From a virus, in the IMG/VR virus record IMGVR_UViG_3300033178_000167, positions 1 through 29,012 of that record: DNA of 29,012 bases. One strand, written 5' to 3'. The notes beneath the pieces are model-generated. The model searched no databases, was not told the origin of the DNA, and saw nothing but the letters and a program-made list of their open reading frames with translations. Both the position numbers and the translations under genes were made by a program. Below, in pieces: positions 6,907 to 14,837 of the stretch (positions are counted from its first letter, which is position 1; the number at the start of each line of letters is the position of its first letter).

Positions 6907-7362
6907 TTAAATCACTTCCCATGTACTACCATTCCATCGTTTATTATACACTGTTTCCATAACAAAACAAAGCCACATAATCTCAAAGTTTGTTGTCATA
7001 AACTCATAATTCTTCATTTTAGTTTCGGGAACTCCACACCTTAAATGATAATCTAACCAATTGGTCAAATCACCTAATATTCCCAAATATGTTTTGTGTT
7101 TGTTTATAGAGTTTGAATAAGCATAGACAAACTGAGCATCTGAATTTAAATATATCTCTTGGAGGTCTTCCTGTCTTGGAACCCAGAAATAACCATCTAA
7201 GTCCTCATCTCTTCTAAAATTATTGAGGACTGTGGGAGTAACTTTAACAAAGTGACAGTTTCCATCTCCACCAATCCATCCAAATAAGTCATACAAGGTG
7301 GGTTTCCATCCCTCTTGTATCTCAGTGGCTTCTTTACACATTTTTATAAAAGTTTCATCCAT
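6907..7362 (-). CDS. Conserved phage hypothetical protein
   Basis: FIKMC..A.EIQ..W.P ... W.PRQEDLQE ... E.MWLCFVM...YNK.WNG..W pattern, recalled from phage hypotheticals. Confidence 0.75.
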   Translation of the reverse strand: MDETFIKMCKEATEIQEGWKPTLYDLFGWIGGDGNCHFVKVTPTVLNNFRRDEDLDGYFWVPRQEDLQEIYLNSDAQFVYAYSNSINKHKTYLGILGDLTNWLDYHLRCGVPETKMKNYEFMTTNFEIMWLCFVMETVYNKRWNGSTWEVI

Positions 7363-7364
7363 CC

Positions 7365-7625
7365 TTATTCCCCCTCTAAAATATCCATAAAATCAAGCAA
7401 TGATTGATAATAACCCTTAAACAACTGGAATGGAGCATCACGATTAAATATTAAGTGATCCCTAAGCTTATCCCATTTCTCTTTATAATTATTATTTTTA
7501 TCAAGCCCATATATTTCAATGGCAATATCAAAACCATCATTTCTACCTTGGATATATGCCTCTTCTTTTTGTCTTGCCACTTCTTTTTTAAACCATTCGC
7601 ATATTTTATCATCCATTCTAATCAC
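7365..7625 (-). CDS. Hypothetical protein
   Basis: 86 aa; start overlaps the ERCC4 stop. Confidence 0.7.
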   Translation of the reverse strand: MIRMDDKICEWFKKEVARQKEEAYIQGRNDGFDIAIEIYGLDKNNNYKEKWDKLRDHLIFNRDAPFQLFKGYYQSLLDFMDILEGE

Positions 7626-7698
7626 CTCTCAAAATAATATTCCTTAATGTTATTTGCTTTGCGTTCTCCTATCCCATCCACACTCATCAAATCCTCAA
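7621..7698. repeat. Direct repeat 1A (78 bp, 72/78 identical to 9704..9781)
   Basis: 3' end of the ERCC4 gene (HhH motif); 46 bp perfectly identical. Confidence 0.9.
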
Positions 7699-8263
7699 CC
7701 GTGGTTTTACATAACTCTATAATACTATCAACCCCCAAAACATCTATAATCCTCTTAGAATACTCCAACCCAATCCCAGGAATACAACTAACCATAGCCT
7801 CTAAAACATCCCCATCACTAACAGCCAACCTCCTAACCTTATCTAAATGTTTAAGTGAACCATCACTTTTCTCCATCAATGCCTTTGACAAGGTGAAAAA
7901 ATCCCTATTAGAATCAACATTAAACACTGGGATTTTATACCGTGCCGATATACTCGCACATGCCCCTAAAAACTGTTTCCGAGTGAAAGAAGTGTGTTTC
8001 ATAACCTCTTCTTCATCAAAACGTCCAACAATAATTAAGTAAGGGTGTTGGTAATTTTCAATCATATTCTGCAACTGAACCCATAATCTCCCCATAACGG
8101 AAGATATAAAATCTTCTACTGTTTTCCTTTCACAGCAAACGCTGTTAGTGGGGTAAACCAAATCTCCAACAGGCAACATTGTAACCTCCCCTGTTGAAAA
8201 AGTTTTAAGAAATAATTCTTTAATATGAGAGGGTTCTCTAGAATCTAAGAACACATTACTCAT
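7622..8263 (-). CDS. ERCC4/XPF-family structure-specific nuclease with (HhH)2
   Basis: DSRE, VGDL, ERKT..DF..S...GRL..QL motifs; IPGIG and VDGIG HhH motifs. Confidence 0.9.
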   Translation of the reverse strand: MSNVFLDSREPSHIKELFLKTFSTGEVTMLPVGDLVYPTNSVCCERKTVEDFISSVMGRLWVQLQNMIENYQHPYLIIVGRFDEEEVMKHTSFTRKQFLGACASISARYKIPVFNVDSNRDFFTLSKALMEKSDGSLKHLDKVRRLAVSDGDVLEAMVSCIPGIGLEYSKRIIDVLGVDSIIELCKTTVEDLMSVDGIGERKANNIKEYYFER

Positions 8264-9032
8264 ATAATGCCCCCATAACTAAATCATGAACTATCTCAGC
8301 ACTTAATGGATCATTGAAATACCCCAAATGTTTATTACGGCCATTATAGTGAATATGAGATCGCCATGGTATGTTTTCGGGATTAAGATCCTTCCTAAAG
8401 TGAGCACCAGTAAAACCAAATAACCCCTCTCCTCGTCGAGTTATACTCATCTTTTTGATGATGTCGATGGGACGTTTTTTACCATAATACGGATGTTTTT
8501 CACCAGAAAGATTGGGACGTTTTTTACCTTTTTTGGCTTTGCTAATTTTATTACGAGCGGCTTCACTTAATTTTTTGCCATAAATTGGAGCCAGTGGTCC
8601 CCTTTTCCCATACATATGGTTATTTTTACCAGAATGGGCCTTGCTCATGTTCTTACGAGCTTTTAGGGATGCCTTTTTACCTTTTCGGGCTTTGCTAATT
8701 TTCTTACATGTTTCTTCTGAATGTTTCCCATTAGCTCCCCCTCTTCGAATGTTATATCCATTTTTATCATTCAAACAATCATAGGAATTAATATAATCCT
8801 CTTCTAATTTATCAAGAACCCTTTTAGAAGTAGCGTATTTTAGAACAGTGAATTTAAAATTAGATTTGCCATACTTATTAAAAGCATTTTGCAAGTGTGA
8901 ATTGTTATGCTTATTATTTTTTAATTCACATAAATGGTTTGATTTGCGTTTATATGGGTCTTGGGTTGTTTGACCAATATACACTTTACCATTTAGGGTG
9001 TTCACTATTTTGTAGATATATCCATATACCAT
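8256..9032 (-). CDS. Free-standing GIY-YIG homing endonuclease 2 (GIY-YIG + NUMOD3-like + AP2-like)
   Basis: GYIYKIVNTLNGKVYIGQT, HNNSHLQNAFNKYG, GYN; same architecture as 2316..3089. True start MVYGY at 9032 with an AGGAG SD. Confidence 0.9.
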   Translation of the reverse strand: MVYGYIYKIVNTLNGKVYIGQTTQDPYKRKSNHLCELKNNKHNNSHLQNAFNKYGKSNFKFTVLKYATSKRVLDKLEEDYINSYDCLNDKNGYNIRRGGANGKHSEETCKKISKARKGKKASLKARKNMSKAHSGKNNHMYGKRGPLAPIYGKKLSEAARNKISKAKKGKKRPNLSGEKHPYYGKKRPIDIIKKMSITRRGEGLFGFTGAHFRKDLNPENIPWRSHIHYNGRNKHLGYFNDPLSAEIVHDLVMGALYE

Positions 9033-9126
9033 ACTACCTGACTCCTTAAATTTAACTCCCTTTGACTCTGATTGCACCCCATGATTGGAGTTAGGGAAGA
9101 GCGGAGTCAAAGAACACTCCTCCCTA
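9033..9126 (-). ncRNA. Structured 5' leader, copy 2 (alternative-pseudoknot translational switch)
   Basis: P1 9126-9116/9102-9092. Loop CUUUGACUCC pairs with 9068-9060 or with the SD region 9045-9039. P2 9091-9086/9081-9076, with alternative partner 9059-9053. Confidence 0.75.
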
Positions 9127-9145
9127 GTTAATATATTGTGTGAAC

Positions 9146-9154
9146 TTATATACA
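9146..9154 (-). promoter_or_regulatory. TATA box of the GIY-YIG 2 cassette
   Basis: TGTATATAA about 20 nt before the leader; the AAGTTCA..ATATATTA spacer is shared with copy 1. Confidence 0.55.
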
Positions 9155-9165
9155 TACTTTTCCCC

Positions 9166-9324
9166 TCATATTTCCACCTTGAATATTGTTCTTTGGAATA
9201 GCTTTTTACATCGTACGCATAAGCCCACTACAATCATCTCAAAACAATCATCATCAGCCACTGTTATTGGATCATCGGTTATGAGTTCCTGGTATTGCCC
9301 ACAATATGAGCAATGATCATACAT
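9166..9324 (-). CDS. Zn-ribbon microprotein (52 aa)
   Basis: MYDHCSYCGQ...GLCVRCKK, two CxxC motifs; GGGGTGA SD. Confidence 0.6.
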   Translation of the reverse strand: MYDHCSYCGQYQELITDDPITVADDDCFEMIVVGLCVRCKKLFQRTIFKVEI

Positions 9325-9472
9325 CGGCTTTCACCCCCTCAGTCGTGGTTTGTTGTAGTGTCCAACACGACAAATGATATATTTCCTTAGTTTTATGGTC
9401 ATATTTGAATCCCCGATTATCAGCGCTGGGGAGTACGTGTACGGGTGTTTGGCAGATAGGGCAGTTATTCAT
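9317..9472 (-). CDS. Zn-finger microprotein, paralog B (51 aa)
   Basis: MNNCPICQTPVHVLPSADNRGFKYDHKTKEIYHLSCW... Confidence 0.65.
   Translation of the reverse strand: MNNCPICQTPVHVLPSADNRGFKYDHKTKEIYHLSCWTLQQTTTEGVKADV
9328..9422. repeat. Direct repeat 2B
   Basis: Copy of 6433..6527. Confidence 0.9.
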
Positions 9473-9708
9473 TTAATCCCCTCTTTTAAATTAATAAACA
9501 TGTAGTCTGGGAATTTGAATTGATCTACTTCTAATACTTCAAGCCCAAATACTTCTTTACCGTCCCAATATTTTTCAATCCCCCTCATCCCCGTTTCAAC
9601 GGTTTTATAAAAATCAGATCTGATTAAAACAGTGTTGTACCTTGAATAACTTTTAGCAACATCTTGGTAAAACATCTCAAACTGATCACAATCTTGCATC
9701 CGTATCAC
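9469..9708 (-). CDS. Hypothetical protein
   Basis: 79 aa; begins MIRM like the gene after ERCC4. Confidence 0.7.
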   Translation of the reverse strand: MIRMQDCDQFEMFYQDVAKSYSRYNTVLIRSDFYKTVETGMRGIEKYWDGKEVFGLEVLEVDQFKFPDYMFINLKEGIK

Positions 9709-9781
9709 CTCTCGAAGTAGTATTCTTTAATGCTGTTTGCTTTGCGTTCTCCTATCCCATCCACACTCATCAAATCCTCAA
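9704..9781. repeat. Direct repeat 1B
   Basis: Copy of 7621..7698. Confidence 0.9.
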
Positions 9782-9878
9782 AACTGCAATGTAGGTAAGT
9801 ATTCCCCCTGACCTTTACTATTTCATCCCGTTGTAGGATGAAATCAATCACACCTTTGCTTTGGTTTAGTTCAATCAT
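9705..9878 (-). CDS. Chimeric microprotein (57 aa) ending in the ERCC4 HhH tail
   Basis: MIELNQSKGVIDFILQRDEIVKVRGNTYLHCSF-EDLMSVDGIGERKANSIKEYYFER; GGGTGA SD; coupled to both neighbours. Confidence 0.6.
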   Translation of the reverse strand: MIELNQSKGVIDFILQRDEIVKVRGNTYLHCSFEDLMSVDGIGERKANSIKEYYFER

Positions 9879-10144
9879 GGTTTCACCCTTTCAAATAAAT
9901 CAATAACATCTTCTTTAAGTCTTTCAGCCATTTTAAGCTCAAAAATAGCCTTATAACATTGTTTTTCCTGTTCTTTTGTGTAATGAGTTAATCGACTGAA
10001 TAAATATATTGGCCCCTTAATTTCCTCAATGTCATTATCAATGAGCCTTAGAAGGTATTCTTTTAAATCAATATCGTTGGGCTTGTTTTTACAGTATTCA
10101 CAACTTATACATTCTAATTCATCATGTATCTTACACATTTTCAT
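9875..10144 (-). CDS. Hypothetical protein with N-terminal Cys/His cluster
   Basis: 89 aa; CKIH...CISCEYC. Confidence 0.7.
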   Translation of the reverse strand: MKMCKIHDELECISCEYCKNKPNDIDLKEYLLRLIDNDIEEIKGPIYLFSRLTHYTKEQEKQCYKAIFELKMAERLKEDVIDLFERVKP

Positions 10145-10515
10145 CTTTTCACCCCTACCATATTCTCAACAACCCGTAAACACTTAGCCACATAATCAGC
10201 CTCCGACATCGCCATACGACCATTATTGCAGGAGCAGCAGATAACCCGACAATTACCCGGCTCCAGGACACGGTGCTTAGGGTTCACCACATCCAAACTA
10301 ACCTGATTAGGCAAAGTACATTGACTATTCCCCGACTTTGTGGGGACTAGTTTGCACTGGCAGAAGTAACACCCCGTCTTCATAGCCTCCACAGCCATAT
10401 CATATATCTCCGCCCGGTGTATCCGTACCCGGAAGCCCCTACGCTTATGATCCCGCCGAGTGTTCCCAGCCCACTTCCACAACCTATCCATAACATCACC
10501 ATCCATACACATCAC
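10141..10515 (-). CDS. His-Me finger (HNH-like) endonuclease-fold protein, possibly inactive
   Basis: CYFC...SLDVVNP...GNCRVICCSCN..R...S..DYV..C resembles the phage SLDRID...NV..CC..CN family. Confidence 0.6.
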   Translation of the reverse strand: MMCMDGDVMDRLWKWAGNTRRDHKRRGFRVRIHRAEIYDMAVEAMKTGCYFCQCKLVPTKSGNSQCTLPNQVSLDVVNPKHRVLEPGNCRVICCSCNNGRMAMSEADYVAKCLRVVENMVGVKR

Positions 10516-10551
10516 CCTCCTATTTTATTAAATAATCAAATATTTTTAATA

Positions 10552-10782
10552 TTGTAACTTTGTAACTTTGTAACTTGGCTAAAAACGTAACCAATTTGTA
10601 ACTTTGTAACTTTGTAACCTGGGGATAACACTCTCTTTTTTTTATACCCCCCCCTCTCTCCCCACCCAAGTTACAAATCACAAACACAATAATCCACTCC
10701 TTAAACATTTTTTAACACCCTCAAAACTCCTAGTTTGTAACCTGTCGGATCAGGTTACAAAAAGTTACAACTCAAGTTACAA
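10552..10782. repeat. Iteron-like TGTAAC repeat cluster, putative replication origin
   Basis: Two triplets of 8-bp tandem TGTAACTT-type units (10553-10574, 10597-10618), inverted GTTACA copies (10670, 10754, 10764, 10776), an 11-bp IR at 10734-10761 and a polypyrimidine tract between the clusters. Confidence 0.7.
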
Positions 10783-13417
10783 CCTCATCCTCTAACCCTT
10801 TTTGTTCATCTGTTTCGGTTTGATACAAAAAGTTAATAAAATTTTTTAAAGGTATCTTAATAACCTTGGTTGGTTTATCAAACCTAACAGCCTGGTATTT
10901 CCACCCCATTAATTCAGCAATCCCTTTCAACGGTTGACATACCTTCAATTCCTTATGTACTTCTTTTTTAAACCCGGTTGTTAAACAGACATATTGATTG
11001 TTCTTTGATTCTATCGGTATCATCCAAGGTATTAATCGTTCATTCAGCACACTCCACACCTTTTCTTTGAAATTCTTACTTTCTTTGAGTTTAGATGTGT
11101 AATTATCCAAGTCTTTGGGCTTCCCATCCACTTCATCAATTACTTGCACCCGACCATAAGCCTTGTTAATACATTCCAAGAGGAATATTCGCACCTCTTC
11201 ACGGTGTTCCTCATCCATATCCTCCATACTCTCAGACCGGCTCCAACCATAGATCCAATTATCAGGACGAACCCCTGCCTCATAATACACCCTTGTAACC
11301 AGAGTATCACAAAGTTCCTTCCATTCCATTTGTAACAAATCAGGGTTTTCCATGAACTCTTTAATCACAAATTGGCTGATGGGTTTTAAGAGGTTGAATT
11401 TGCACCGTTTATGGTTTTTAGTCTGCCATTCATCCTCAAACGCATCTACTTCTTTTTGAGTTTTCATTTCACTGTGGGTGAAATTGAGAATGATAAACCT
11501 TCTAACCAGTGCATCGTCATCAGGTACAAATAGGTTTGCGGTGAAAATGACTGGAGCATAAGCGGGTATGTTTCTGAACCTTCGGCCTTCATATCTTCCC
11601 CGGCCTGTTGGTCTTTCTATTGCTCCTTTTATCATTTCAGTTACGCTTACCCGGCTAAATGCTCCTGCAGGTTCATTGACTACTACTGGGAATGTGGATT
11701 GACTGATTCTATTACCTACTCTTGCAACGGTGTCAAACATCCCCCCTGTTAAGTCAGTGTCAGGGGTGGGTTCATCCCATAAATATAGGACCATTTGGCC
11801 TAGTGTGGATTTCCCACTTTTAGCCTTCCCATACAAATAAAGCCAAGGAGCCCATGTTCCTAGTTGTTTCATACTGTAAATGAATGGGCTGATAAGTCCC
11901 CATTTAAAAATAGTAGCTATCTTTGTTTCATGGCCCTCGAATGAGTGTCGTAAGTCATCTAATACTTTAAGTGCTTGTTGAAGTTCATCGTTTGGGGGCT
12001 CGAAGGTTTCATATTTCACTGTGATGATTTTGTTGGTTTCTGGAGTGTAAAAGAATCCTGGAGTTTCAATATCTGTTTTTATCTCAGCATATTGTTCCCG
12101 GATCATTTTATTCATAATAGCAGGTAAACAGTCATTTACCATACGGTTGTTGATTACATGCCCTGATTCGATTAAATCGTTTTTAATGTCATCTAATAAG
12201 TCGGGGCCTGTTTTGATTGGTCGTGGGCTGTTATGGGTTTGCCATAGTATCTCAAATTTACGGGGTTCGTCTTCTAATGGGCTGTCAAAGATTATCACTT
12301 CGGAGGGGTAAGCTTCTATCACCGTTTTCTCTGTTGCTATTACCTTATCCCCAGTGTATTTTTCTTTTACGTGGATTATGCTTTTTTTGTCTTGGTTTGC
12401 TACGAATAGTTCGTTTGTTCCGATTCTGGCTGTTAGCATTCCATAGTGGATTGGTTTTTCTATGATGTCATTGATTTCTCGTTGTATGGTTTTGAACATA
12501 TCTTGATCTGCTTGTTTTTCAATGGTTTCATATAGGCCACTTGCCCCTTTTAACTCAGTGTCTGGGAGGGTGTTGTTGTATGTGCGGTGGAGGACTTGGA
12601 TTCTTGCAGACATCCCGTCTTCATCATCATGGCTTAATCGTTCTATTAATAATTGTGCTGATGATTCTTTGATCCCCTCTTTTTTCATAAACCCTGACAA
12701 TGAATAAATTATATCATTCCTGTATGATTCCCGATAGAATGGTTTTAAAAGAGTTATAATGTGGTCAATATCGGATTCAGATAATTCACGGTCTGAATTA
12801 ACATTATTAGATTTTCTGTTGGATTTATATGTCTTGTCTTTCTTAAAATCAGATTTTAATGGTTTCAGTTGGTGTTTAACCCACATTACCCCATCTTCAA
12901 CAGTTAGGATGGGTTTATCCTGGTAAACAGTGTATGGTTCTTTGGTTTCAGGATGTATGCTTGGGGGAATTACAGTGTAACTTCCTTCATGCCCCCTTAT
13001 CTCTATTTTATCAATAGGATAATCTTTTTTAGTACCAACCGGTTTTTCTGAATATATGTAAACATGAAATCCTCTTCCAGACTGGATAATCAATGTTTCA
13101 ACATCTTCAAAGTATTGTAAAAATGAAGGGTCATCCAGATCCACTTGAGTTAAATACAATCCTTCTCCTAAACTATCTCCTAATATAACTCCAAGGTTTC
13201 CCTTATATCCTTTTAACAACCCACGAGGATACATAACACTTTGATATTTTTTCCATTTGTAGTCCTCTGGTTTATTTGGAGAGGGATTGGTTAATTTGAA
13301 ATTGTATTTTTTTGATAATGGTTTTAGGGGGATGATATTGCAGTTGTAAAATTGTTTGGGGATTAATTTAATGGAGGCTTGTTTTTCTGTTTGAGTTTTT
13401 TCTGTTTGAGTTTTCAA
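10772..13417 (-). CDS. Bifunctional primase-polymerase (AEP Prim-Pol + PriCT-like) fused to a P-loop helicase
   Basis: QVDLDD, SGRGFHVY, EIRG..SYTVIPPSIHP (Prim-Pol); YR..YRND.IYSLSG (PriCT-like); LYGKAKSGKST Walker A. Confidence 0.85.
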   Translation of the reverse strand: MKTQTEKTQTEKQASIKLIPKQFYNCNIIPLKPLSKKYNFKLTNPSPNKPEDYKWKKYQSVMYPRGLLKGYKGNLGVILGDSLGEGLYLTQVDLDDPSFLQYFEDVETLIIQSGRGFHVYIYSEKPVGTKKDYPIDKIEIRGHEGSYTVIPPSIHPETKEPYTVYQDKPILTVEDGVMWVKHQLKPLKSDFKKDKTYKSNRKSNNVNSDRELSESDIDHIITLLKPFYRESYRNDIIYSLSGFMKKEGIKESSAQLLIERLSHDDEDGMSARIQVLHRTYNNTLPDTELKGASGLYETIEKQADQDMFKTIQREINDIIEKPIHYGMLTARIGTNELFVANQDKKSIIHVKEKYTGDKVIATEKTVIEAYPSEVIIFDSPLEDEPRKFEILWQTHNSPRPIKTGPDLLDDIKNDLIESGHVINNRMVNDCLPAIMNKMIREQYAEIKTDIETPGFFYTPETNKIITVKYETFEPPNDELQQALKVLDDLRHSFEGHETKIATIFKWGLISPFIYSMKQLGTWAPWLYLYGKAKSGKSTLGQMVLYLWDEPTPDTDLTGGMFDTVARVGNRISQSTFPVVVNEPAGAFSRVSVTEMIKGAIERPTGRGRYEGRRFRNIPAYAPVIFTANLFVPDDDALVRRFIILNFTHSEMKTQKEVDAFEDEWQTKNHKRCKFNLLKPISQFVIKEFMENPDLLQMEWKELCDTLVTRVYYEAGVRPDNWIYGWSRSESMEDMDEEHREEVRIFLLECINKAYGRVQVIDEVDGKPKDLDNYTSKLKESKNFKEKVWSVLNERLIPWMIPIESKNNQYVCLTTGFKKEVHKELKVCQPLKGIAELMGWKYQAVRFDKPTKVIKIPLKNFINFLYQTETDEQKGLEDEVVT

Positions 13418-13419
13418 GT

Positions 13420-13557
13420 TTATTTCCTCCTGTATTTTTCTATTATATCCCCTGCTTGGATTATAATTTCACGTTCTTCAACGTCCACCTCATTGTTATC
13501 CATTTTAGTTAATAAGAATCTGTTTAAGTCATTTTTAAGCCTTTTTATCCAGTTCAT
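13420..13557 (-). CDS. Hypothetical microprotein (45 aa)
   Basis: MNWIKRLKNDLNRFLLTK...; GGGGGGA SD. Confidence 0.45.
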   Translation of the reverse strand: MNWIKRLKNDLNRFLLTKMDNNEVDVEEREIIIQAGDIIEKYRRK

Positions 13558-13599
13558 ATTATATCATCCCCCCCTATCCCATTAAATTAATAACTTGAT

Positions 13600-13620
13600 G
13601 AAAATAAAAAAAGAAAAGGG
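13600..13620 (-). terminator. Oligo-T archaeal terminator
   Basis: TTTTCTTTTTTTATTTT on the minus strand after 13667..14206. Confidence 0.45.
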
Positions 13621-13666
13621 GGTGTGAGGTAGTGCACCTGCTAAAATCCATTACACTCACTCCCTT

Positions 13667-14206
13667 TTATTCTCTAAAGCTTTTGATTATGTTTTTCTGG
13701 TATTCGTTCCCATTGAACGTGGTTTTCTCAGTTCTGATTTTAACCTTGGCATTGGATAGTTTTCTAATCATTTCTTGACGGTTTTTAATACCAAACTCTT
13801 CAACCATCAAAGCCTGTAACTTTCCGAATGCACTTTTTTTACTATTCCAGTAACCATCACCATACTCACGGAGTCCCCCATAGTTGTCATAGGATTCCCT
13901 ACCATCACTAAGTATCGTTTTAATTGTTAGGATGGTGTCGTAGAACTCTTTACCTTGACTATCCTGTTTGGGGTTGAATGCTCTTTTCAGCACCACTTCA
14001 TCCACTACTGCGTTGGTGTTGGTTTCGAGGATTGGTTTACTACTTCCGCTGTCCTTAAAATCTTGTTCGAGTTTGTCCCTGATTTCTTCAAAGTTCACTT
14101 CTTCAAATTTGTTGTCTTCTTGGGCTTCGTTTTGGCTTTTGTAGCCGTCTAATGCTTGTTCTGCCATTTTTTCACCTTCTCTTTTTAGCTCTCTATTCTT
14201 ATTCAT
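13667..14206 (-). CDS. Putative ssDNA-binding/recombination protein
   Basis: Acidic N-terminus and beta-rich core ending ...KIRTEKTTFNGNEYQKNII; located upstream of the primase-helicase. Function is inference. Confidence 0.5.
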   Translation of the reverse strand: MNKNRELKREGEKMAEQALDGYKSQNEAQEDNKFEEVNFEEIRDKLEQDFKDSGSSKPILETNTNAVVDEVVLKRAFNPKQDSQGKEFYDTILTIKTILSDGRESYDNYGGLREYGDGYWNSKKSAFGKLQALMVEEFGIKNRQEMIRKLSNAKVKIRTEKTTFNGNEYQKNIIKSFRE

Positions 14207-14210
14207 CTGG

Positions 14211-14351
14211 TTAAAAACCGCAAACTATGGGGTTAAAAACGTTATATTCCCGTATCATGTGGTCCACGAGGTCTAATTCGCATTTTTCACAGTATGGATA
14301 TTGGTCTTCACTGACCGGTTTCCCACATATTTGACATACTTCATAAGACAT
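14211..14351 (-). CDS. Zn-ribbon microprotein (46 aa)
   Basis: MSYEVCQICGKPVSEDQYPYCEKC. Confidence 0.6.
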   Translation of the reverse strand: MSYEVCQICGKPVSEDQYPYCEKCELDLVDHMIREYNVFNPIVCGF

Positions 14352-14356
14352 GCTTT

Positions 14357-14527
14357 TCACCCCGTACATACCCGTCTGGGTAACCCTACCTCTTCAACTG
14401 ATGCTAAATCCACCAATGCACTGCACTCTGGGCATTCAACCTGTTCACGTGCATCCACTAATCCGTTAGTTGTGGACTGGTGGAATCGTTTACCACAGTT
14501 GAAACAGGTGTACCGTTTTTTTAACAT
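14357..14527 (-). CDS. Zn-ribbon microprotein (56 aa)
   Basis: MLKKRYTCFNCG...VECPECS; GAGGTGA SD supports a start at 14527. Confidence 0.7.
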   Translation of the reverse strand: MLKKRYTCFNCGKRFHQSTTNGLVDAREQVECPECSALVDLASVEEVGLPRRVCTG

Positions 14528-14561
14528 TTCAATCACCTCTCCAATTATTTTTTTAATGGAA

Positions 14562-14598
14562 TGGGGTGTGTGGAGTCGAACCACACCTTCACAGCCCC
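14562..14598 (-). other. tRNA-like T-loop hairpin (not a full tRNA)
   Basis: GGGG-CTGTGAAG-GTGTGG-TTCGACT-CCACAC-A-CCCC-A. Confidence 0.45.
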
Positions 14599-14660
14599 AA
14601 TGAACCTTATTATCATATTTTTAACCACTCTCTCCAGAGGAGGCTTTTAGTTCACTGGTC

Positions 14661-14837
14661 TTACCTTGAACCCCTAACTGCATACCGTCTAAGTTCTGAT
14701 TCCTCGTCGCCTTCCTTAAAAAGGTGGCATAATCGGATGTGGTCACAGACCGCACCCGGCACACCTCTCCTTTTTAGACTTTTATTCTGGGTTTTGCTGT
14801 TATTGATTTCTGGAGGGTTTAATTGTTGTTTCTTCAT
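14661..14837 (-). CDS. Hypothetical basic protein (58 aa)
   Basis: MKKQQLNPPEINNSK...; GAGGGGG SD. Confidence 0.4.
   Translation of the reverse strand: MKKQQLNPPEINNSKTQNKSLKRRGVPGAVCDHIRLCHLFKEGDEESELRRYAVRGSR

Noticed and set aside
10520-10708. 62-aa track ORF across the iteron cluster
   Set aside because: Low-complexity translation (KLQSYK repeats, poly-G) derived from the DNA repeats; probably not a real gene.
6433-10782. CRISPR array
   Set aside because: Repeats are either two-copy coding duplications or 6-8-bp iterons; there is no regular repeat-spacer periodicity.
13381-13417. KTQTE tandem repeat at the primase N-terminus
   Set aside because: Two-copy 15-bp slippage duplication with no evident function.
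14530-14660. Complete tRNA gene
   Set aside because: Only a T-arm-like hairpin; no D arm, anticodon arm or matching 7-bp acceptor stem.
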